NCBI GenBank assembly: GCA_041674405.1
Contig: JBAYVT010000004.1
Location: 60,001-92,000 of the forward strand
Source: Patescibacteria group bacterium
GTDB lineage: Bacteria > Patescibacteriota > UBA1384 > XYA2-FULL-43-10
Direction of reading: 5' to 3'
DNA length: 32,000 nucleotides
Of the stretch, positions 26,772 to 32,000 are shown piece by piece. Numbering within the stretch: position 1 is the stretch's first letter; each line of letters starts with the position of its first letter. The notes under the pieces were generated by a model. That model was not told where the DNA came from, searched no databases, and worked only from the letters and a program-made list of their open reading frames with translations. Position numbers and translations under genes: made by a program.

Positions 26772-26800
26772 TTTATATCATAAAATAAACAAATTGTCAA
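26772..26800 (-). promoter_or_regulatory. Near-consensus sigma-70 promoter
   Basis: Minus strand TTGACA (26795-26800), 17-nt spacer, TATAAA (26772-26777). Confidence 0.75.
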
Positions 26801-26897
26801 TCGTAAATACGAATAATTGTTCATCTGGTGCGTTTTTATTGGATTCAGCCTCTTTTTGTGTTATTCTTAAGCACGAAACTGGTTAATTTCGGAAGTT

Positions 26898-29147
26898 ATG
26901 TCAAAAGAATTCGCCAAAACCTGGGACTCGAAGAAGTTTGAAGAGGATTTATACCAAAACTGGGAAAAATCCGGCTATTTCAAGCCTGAATTGAACATGC
27001 CCGAAAATCCAAAATATGATCGGGCGCTCGAAGGCAAACCATTCGTCATCCCAATTCCGCCGCCGAATGTCACCGGCAAGCTTCACATCGGCCATTCGTT
27101 ATTCATCACAATTCAGGATGTCATGATCCGCTTCCATCGCATGCTTGGCGAGCCCACGCTTTGGATCCCCGGCACCGATCACGCCGGTATCGCTACGCAG
27201 ACGGTCGTGGACAAAGCCTTACAAAAAAAGGGAATTAAGCGCCACGAAATTGGCCGTGAGAAATTTGTCGAAGAAGTTTGGAAGTGGAAAGAAGAATACG
27301 GCGGTATTATCACCTCACAACTCAAACGAATGGGTGCTTCCTGCGACTGGTCGCGCGAGCGTTTTACCCTCGACGAAGGTTTATCCAAAGCTGTGAAAGA
27401 GGCATTTGTCCACCTATACGAGAAGGGATTGATCTACCGCGGCGAATATATCGTCAATTGGTGCCCGAAATGCGGCACGGCGATCGCGGATGACGAGATG
27501 GAGCACGAAGAACAAACCGCAAAATTGTACTATTTCAAATACGACAAAAACTTTCCGATCACCATAGCAACTACCCGGCCAGAAACCAAACTTGGAGATA
27601 CGGCTGTGGCGGTCAATCCAACCGACAAGCGTTATGAGCAGTACATTGGCAAAGAATTCGATGTTGATATCGATGGCGTTAAGCGCAAGATCAAAATTGT
27701 TGCCGATCGCTCTATTGATATGAAATTCGGTACCGGCGCAGTCGGAATTACGCCTGCACACTCGGCTATCGACTGGAAAATCGGTGAAGTTAATGATCTT
27801 CCGATTGTCAAAGTCATCGACGAACGAGCAAAAATGACCGCCGAGGCCGGCAAATACGAGGGAATGAAGGTGCTCGAAGCCCGAGAAAAACTAGTTGAAT
27901 ATCTGAAAGGCGAAACACTCCTGGAAAAAGAGGAGCCGATCACAAATAATTTGAGCGTCTGCTACCGCTGCAACACGGCTATAGAGCCGATTCCGTCTCT
28001 ACAGTGGTTTGTGAGTATGCGCCCACTGGCAGAAAAAGCTAAAGCGGCCGTAACCTCCGGCGCTATCAAAATTATCCCGAAAAGATTTGAGAAGAATTAC
28101 AATCAGTGGATGGACAATATCCGCGACTGGTGCATCTCCCGCCAGCTTTGGTGGGGACACAGAATCCCGGTTTGGTATCGCAAACAGGAAAATCTCAAAC
28201 CTCAAACCTCAAATCTCAAACCCGAAGACATCTATGTCGGAAAAGAACCGCCAGCTGATATTGAGAGTTGGATTCAAGACGAAGATGTGCTCGATACCTG
28301 GTTTTCCTCGGCGCTTTGGCCGTTTTCTTCACTTGGTTGGCCAGAGAAAACCAAAGATCTGCAGTATTTCTATCCGGCAACCGTTCTCGAAACCGGATAT
28401 GACATTCTCTTTTTCTGGGTCGCCCGAATGGTAATGATGGGACTTGAGCTTACTGATTCGATTCCATTTGAGAATATTTACCTCCACGGCTTGGTTCGCG
28501 ATGAGAAAAATAGAAAGATGTCCAAGTCTCTCGGCAATGCGCTCGATCCGCTCGATATGATCGATAAATACGGCACAGATGCTGTCCGGATGGGTCTTGT
28601 GGTCGGCACTACCCCCGGGCTTGATATTCCTGTGGGTGAGCACAAGCTTAAGAATTATCGCAATTTCTCGAACAAAATCTGGAATGCCTCGCGCTTCGTT
28701 TCTCTTCGAGTTTCCGAAGGTGATCTGGCCTCGGGAGAAATTGGAGATGAGAAAATCGAGAACTTAAATATCGACCAATCAATTTTAACCGACGCCGACA
28801 AAAAAATTCTCGAAGCACACGAGGAAATCAAAAAGCGCGTGACAAAAGACCTCAAGGAGTTCAAATTCTCTGGCGCCGGCGAAGGGCTATATGAGTATTT
28901 CTGGCACAATTTCTGCGATATCTACATAGAAGCTGCTAAAGGGCAGCTCCAAACTGAAGAACCGAAGAACCGAAGAACCGAAGAACATTCAGAAAACACA
29001 AAAAAAATCCTGCTCAAAGTTCTGTCTGAATCTTTACAGATGCTGCATCCGTTCGTTCCTTATGTCACCGAAGCTGTCTGGCAGGAACTACGCGAAATTT
29101 ATCCAAAACTTTCCGAATCGATCATGATCTCCAAGTGGCCTATGTAA
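26898..29147 (+). CDS. valS: Valyl-tRNA synthetase
   Basis: PPPNVTGKLHIGHSLFITIQD, GTDHAGIATQ, WCISRQLWWGHRIPVWY, LETGYDILFFWVARMVMMG, KMSKSLGNALDPLDMI. Confidence 0.96.
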   Translation: MSKEFAKTWDSKKFEEDLYQNWEKSGYFKPELNMPENPKYDRALEGKPFVIPIPPPNVTGKLHIGHSLFITIQDVMIRFHRMLGEPTLWIPGTDHAGIATQTVVDKALQKKGIKRHEIGREKFVEEVWKWKEEYGGIITSQLKRMGASCDWSRERFTLDEGLSKAVKEAFVHLYEKGLIYRGEYIVNWCPKCGTAIADDEMEHEEQTAKLYYFKYDKNFPITIATTRPETKLGDTAVAVNPTDKRYEQYIGKEFDVDIDGVKRKIKIVADRSIDMKFGTGAVGITPAHSAIDWKIGEVNDLPIVKVIDERAKMTAEAGKYEGMKVLEAREKLVEYLKGETLLEKEEPITNNLSVCYRCNTAIEPIPSLQWFVSMRPLAEKAKAAVTSGAIKIIPKRFEKNYNQWMDNIRDWCISRQLWWGHRIPVWYRKQENLKPQTSNLKPEDIYVGKEPPADIESWIQDEDVLDTWFSSALWPFSSLGWPEKTKDLQYFYPATVLETGYDILFFWVARMVMMGLELTDSIPFENIYLHGLVRDEKNRKMSKSLGNALDPLDMIDKYGTDAVRMGLVVGTTPGLDIPVGEHKLKNYRNFSNKIWNASRFVSLRVSEGDLASGEIGDEKIENLNIDQSILTDADKKILEAHEEIKKRVTKDLKEFKFSGAGEGLYEYFWHNFCDIYIEAAKGQLQTEEPKNRRTEEHSENTKKILLKVLSESLQMLHPFVPYVTEAVWQELREIYPKLSESIMISKWPM
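28194..28221 (+). repeat. Heptamer array in valS (CTCAAAC CTCAAAC CTCAAAT CTCAAAC)
   Basis: Encodes LKPQTSNLKP. Confidence 0.8.
28953..28984 (+). repeat. 8-nt unit array in valS (ACTGAAGA ACCGAAGA ACCGAAGA ACCGAAGA)
   Basis: Encodes QTEEPKNRRTEE. Confidence 0.8.
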
Positions 29148-29188
29148 CATATGTTGCATTGACAAATTAATGTAACATATGTTACAAT
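29143..29188 (+). promoter_or_regulatory. Promoter and twin palindromic operators of the HTH/Fic pair
   Basis: TGTAACATATGTTGCA (29143-29158) and perfect palindrome TGTAACATATGTTACA (29171-29186), centres 28 nt apart; TTGACA 29159-29164 and TACAAT 29183-29188. Confidence 0.75.
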
Positions 29189-29197
29189 AAAATCGAA

Positions 29198-29449
29198 ATG
29201 CAACACGATTATGTTTCGACAATTGAAGCGGCAAAAATCACAGGTTTGAACAGAACCCAGATTTTTCGCTTGATCAAGGTGGGCAAACTCCCAGCCGCTC
29301 GTATTGGGCGCAATTATATCATCAAAAAAGATGATCTCGGAATTTTGACTGCAGAAATTACGCCAAAAGAGAAGAAAAACATCGAACACTCGGTAGATAA
29401 GGTTTTTGAAGAGTATGGCGATGTGCTTAAAAAACTGGGGGAGGAATGA
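29198..29449 (+). CDS. Small HTH_17/excisionase-like DNA-binding protein, probable antitoxin/autoregulator
   Basis: YVSTIEAAKITGLNRTQIFRLIKVGKLPAARIGRNYIIKKDDL. Confidence 0.82.
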   Translation: MQHDYVSTIEAAKITGLNRTQIFRLIKVGKLPAARIGRNYIIKKDDLGILTAEITPKEKKNIEHSVDKVFEEYGDVLKKLGEE

Positions 29450-29865
29450 TATTCCCAATCTCATTAAACGAGGTTGAGCTTATTTCTCACCGAATGGCAA
29501 AAGAAATGCTTCGCTGGAATGAACCAATTCCTGATTTCTCCACCCGCTATCCCAATGTGCTTGAATCTTGCCTATCTACACCATTTCAAACCTATAATAA
29601 GCGAAATCTTTACCGCGGCCTTGTGCCACAAGCTGCAGCTTTGTTTTATCTGATGATTAAAAACCACCCGTTTCAGAATGGGAATAAAAGGGTGGCGATC
29701 ACGACTTTGTTCGTATTTTTATCGAAAAATGGCAAATGGATCCGCGTCGATTCGCAAGAACTATACAATCTCGCTGTCTGGGTAGCCGGCTCTCCGCCTG
29801 CTTTTCGTGAAGAAGTAGTTGCCGCAATTGAAAAATTCCTTAAGAAAAATATTGTTGATAAATAG
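29446..29865 (+). CDS. Fic/Doc-family protein (probable toxin)
   Basis: HPFQNGNKRVAITTLFVFL Fic/Doc motif; 4-nt overlap with the HTH gene. Confidence 0.88.
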   Translation: MIFPISLNEVELISHRMAKEMLRWNEPIPDFSTRYPNVLESCLSTPFQTYNKRNLYRGLVPQAAALFYLMIKNHPFQNGNKRVAITTLFVFLSKNGKWIRVDSQELYNLAVWVAGSPPAFREEVVAAIEKFLKKNIVDK

Positions 29866-29972
29866 AAATTTCAGTATGTGCAAAAAATGCACATATAGAT
29901 TAGTCAATTCTACAATGGATAATATCTTAGTTATTTCCATTTTGAAAAACACCTGAAATATCAAACGTAAAA

Positions 29973-30000
29973 CTTGACAAAATTTTATCAGCTGTTAAAG
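29973..30000 (+). promoter_or_regulatory. Putative promoter of the leader/GNAT transcript
   Basis: TTGACA (29973-29978), 16-nt spacer, TAAAGT (29995-30000). Confidence 0.5.
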
Positions 30001-30028
30001 TATGAACAATTTAGTCTCTGGAATTATC

Positions 30029-30103
30029 ATGATTAAGAAAAGCAACAATCAGGTGCGTCGTCATCATTACCCGTTTCTCTCGAGCTGCTTTTTTGTTGTG
30101 TAA
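30029..30103 (+). CDS. Putative 24-aa regulatory leader peptide
   Basis: ATG...TAA = MIKKSNNQVRRHHYPFLSSCFFVV; its 3' half contains the antiterminator arm. Confidence 0.6.
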   Translation: MIKKSNNQVRRHHYPFLSSCFFVV

Positions 30104-30168
30104 AACTTTATAAAATCTCATAGACATCAAGGTTGGCAGCTCGAGAGAGCTGTTTTTTCGTACCTTGA
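30076..30168 (+). promoter_or_regulatory. Putative transcription attenuator with mutually exclusive antiterminator and terminator stems
   Basis: TCTCTCGAGCTGC (30076-30088) is exactly complementary to GCAGCTCGAGAGA (30136-30148), which includes the 5' arm of the terminator. Flanking TCAAGGT (30127-30133)/ACCTTGA (30162-30168) can also pair. Confidence 0.7.
30137..30158 (+). terminator. Intrinsic terminator upstream of the GNAT gene
   Basis: CAGCTC-GAGA-GAGCTG then TTTTTT. Confidence 0.75.
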
Positions 30169-30214
30169 AATCTTGTCTGTAATAAAATCAATCTGGAAAA
30201 GGAGATGGTAGAAG

Positions 30215-31237
30215 GTGGTAAACACGAGTGAGGTTGTCGGTAAGTCCGAGTGTGCGCGGATCATTTCAGAAATGATCCGGCCCGAGTCAGCGTCTGGAAA
30301 GATGCTGTACCGCGATCAAGACGAGATTCTCTCAATGCTCGAATCCGGACATAGCACGTTCATCCGAGATGGCGCCGGTATGCCGGTGTCATTCTGCGGC
30401 TTCTATGAGTTCGACCAATACATCGAGGTCGGCTCTACGATCACGAATCCGGAATTTCGCGGGCGTGGGCTTGCCACCGAGTGCCTTTACCGGGTGCTGG
30501 ATGCCATTCAGTGTTCCGGGAAGGAGATAGTGGCATTCTGCAACGATGGCTCAGCTGGTCTCTTTGCGAAAGCCGGATTCAGCGAACGGCCAAAGGCCGA
30601 GATGCCGGACGAAGCGCTAGCTTTTTGCGCAGACTGTGCGGAGAGCCAAACATTCCCAGGATGTCACTGCCGCTACATGGTATTTGGGCATCGAGTTGTG
30701 CAGGGAAGGGGCGTCTGGCACACGATCATCGAAGACCCGGCAGGCGGCCAGCTTAAAAAGGTGGCAGAGCTTTACTGCCAAGTCTGGGCGGAGCCGCCTT
30801 GGGACGAGTACGACTGGGATCTGGCCGAGGTTGAGACCGAACTTAGTGAAGCGTCAAGTGATCCAGCAACGGCATTCTTTGTGAGTATGGTCCGTGGAGA
30901 AGTCAACGGCTTCACCATAGGCTACCCGATGGACAAGACGGCGCTTGCGGCGAAAGCCGGAGGAGAACAACTTGGCCATCTGTGCGAAGATCGCAGGCAG
31001 GTCTTCTATGTGGCCGAACTGGGAGTGGCGAAAGAATCCCGGTGCCATGGCACGGGAATCATGCTATCAGAGCTACTCTCTGCCAGGGCAAGGTCTCTCG
31101 GGTACAGCCGGCTGATCCTGCGTACTCACATAAAGGCCGCCCCCGCCAGGGCGTTGTATGCCAGGCTGGGGTTTGTCGATACCGGCATTCCTGACGCAAA
31201 CTACCCCGATCGCACATACTGGGTTTACGACGAATAG
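30215..31237 (+). CDS. Tandem GNAT-domain N-acetyltransferase
   Basis: First domain EVGSTITNPEFRGRGLATECLYRVLDAI...NDGSAGLFAKAGF; second AELGVAKESRCHGTGIMLSELLSARARSLGYSRLILRTHIKAAPARALYARLGF; Cys-rich FCADCAESQTFPGCHC linker. AAGGAG 10 nt upstream of GTG. Confidence 0.85.
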   Translation: MVNTSEVVGKSECARIISEMIRPESASGKMLYRDQDEILSMLESGHSTFIRDGAGMPVSFCGFYEFDQYIEVGSTITNPEFRGRGLATECLYRVLDAIQCSGKEIVAFCNDGSAGLFAKAGFSERPKAEMPDEALAFCADCAESQTFPGCHCRYMVFGHRVVQGRGVWHTIIEDPAGGQLKKVAELYCQVWAEPPWDEYDWDLAEVETELSEASSDPATAFFVSMVRGEVNGFTIGYPMDKTALAAKAGGEQLGHLCEDRRQVFYVAELGVAKESRCHGTGIMLSELLSARARSLGYSRLILRTHIKAAPARALYARLGFVDTGIPDANYPDRTYWVYDE

Positions 31238-31256
31238 CGCAAGGTACGAACATCCA

Positions 31257-31282
31257 GCCGAGCGGGCAAAAACCCGCTCGGC
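31257..31282 (+). terminator. Strong stem-loop after the GNAT gene
   Basis: GCCGAGCGGG-CAAAAA-CCCGCTCGGC perfect 10-bp stem, but no clear T tract. Confidence 0.45.
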
Positions 31283-31307
31283 CAGCATTCATAAATTAAG
31301 GAGAAAA

Positions 31308-32000
31308 ATGGATCTGGAAATCTTAAAAAAGTTAGTAGAGTTTGACACAAGATCGGAAAATACGAATTTGCCGCTAATTTATTATTGCCAAAAGAAATTT
31401 GAAGAGTATGGTTTTGAAACGCGAATATGGGGAAAGGACAACAAAGCAAATTTATTTGCATTCAAGCCTGCTTATGGCAGTAGAATTGTACTTTCGGCGC
31501 ATACCGACACCGTCCCGCCCGGCGAAGGTTGGAATTCGGACCCATTCAAGCTTGAACAAAATGAAGATTCGATAATTGGGTTGGGTATTGCCGACATGAA
31601 AATTTTTATTGCGATCATGCTTAAATTGGCTCAAGCTAATTTAGCCAAAAATTTAGCCTTTCTTCTAACTTACAACGAAGAAACCGATTTCGAAGGGGCA
31701 AAATTAATTGATAGAAAAATTATCGGCAAAAGCGATTATTTAATCATTGGAGAACCGACTGGCGGGAAGATTATTACAAATTCTAAGGGTCTTGTCGCAT
31801 ATGAGCTGGAATTGACCGGAAAAGGAGGCCACGGAAGCGAACCGGAAAATGGAGTCTCCAGCATATTAGACTCATCAAAATTTATTTTAGAATTGTCGAA
31901 AGGATTTAAAGAAATTCAAGAAAAAAACAAAGATGATTCATTTGTAAATCCACTGCCTACTTTGAATTTTGGCACAATTTCTGGCGGAGAAGCTATAAAC
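31308..32000 (+). CDS. M20-family (ArgE/DapE-type) metallopeptidase, partial at right edge
   Basis: Manual translation from ATG 31308 with AAGGAG SD: VLSAHTDTVPPGEGWNSDPF, GIADMK, LLTYNEETDFEGAKL, IIGEPTGG, GKGGHGSEPENG. Open at window end. Confidence 0.88.
   Translation, partial: MDLEILKKLVEFDTRSENTNLPLIYYCQKKFEEYGFETRIWGKDNKANLFAFKPAYGSRIVLSAHTDTVPPGEGWNSDPFKLEQNEDSIIGLGIADMKIFIAIMLKLAQANLAKNLAFLLTYNEETDFEGAKLIDRKIIGKSDYLIIGEPTGGKIITNSKGLVAYELELTGKGGHGSEPENGVSSILDSSKFILELSKGFKEIQEKNKDDSFVNPLPTLNFGTISGGEAIN

Noticed and set aside
19606-28984. 7-8 nt tandem repeats considered as CRISPR or ordinary VNTR
   Set aside because: Units are directly tandem with no spacers and vary in sequence by locus, so not CRISPR; the recurring period and shared units at distant sites do not fit simple locus-specific slippage.
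31257-31282. Strong GC hairpin after the GNAT gene as a definite intrinsic terminator
   Set aside because: Perfect 10-bp stem but no T tract follows, so listed only at reduced confidence; it might be a processing or stability element.
30471-31288. Overlapping ORFs in other frames (30481..30756, 30636..30884, 30982..31194, 31059..31292, 31073..31288)
   Set aside because: Shadow frames of the GC-rich tandem GNAT gene or its downstream hairpin, without domains or RBS.

Overview
This 32 kb window looks like a low-to-moderate GC bacterial chromosome. Gene content and style (PrgI/VirB4/VirB6-like secretion genes, short MurE-like ligase, short ValS, many secreted proteins without homologues I recognise) suggest Patescibacteria/CPR. 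That assignment is inference only. TGA behaves as a stop codon. The left 19 kb is a minus-strand block. In transcription order it contains PAP2 phosphatase, UppP, a TPR membrane protein, a secreted 630-aa protein, a TrbL/VirB6-like membrane protein with a ~500-aa soluble tail, a protein with an HExxH motif, PrgI, a split VirB4 (N-terminal-like ORF plus ATPase ORF), a membrane-anchored PEGA/TolB-like protein, a glucosaminidase-like plus VanY-like cell-wall hydrolase, a C39-like cysteine peptidase, and a giant secreted ORF (at least 1421 codons, still open at the window edge). The supplied ORF track omits that giant ORF. The right part holds a Xer-type recombinase, MurE-like ligase, FemAB-like transferase, TsaD, ValS, an HTH/Fic toxin-antitoxin pair with two palindromic operators, a tandem-GNAT acetyltransferase and a partial M20 peptidase. 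The most notable signals are: (1) a candidate ribosome-controlled transcription attenuator upstream of the tandem GNAT gene, with a 24-aa leader peptide, a 13-nt exact antiterminator pairing and an intrinsic terminator; (2) many short tandem arrays with 7- or 8-nt units of varying sequence, inserted in frame in housekeeping genes and in intergenic gaps; (3) the giant secreted ORF with degenerate ~28-31 aa repeats; (4) a scatter of small GC-rich single-gene units with canonical signals. No rRNA, tRNA or CRISPR array was recognised by eye.
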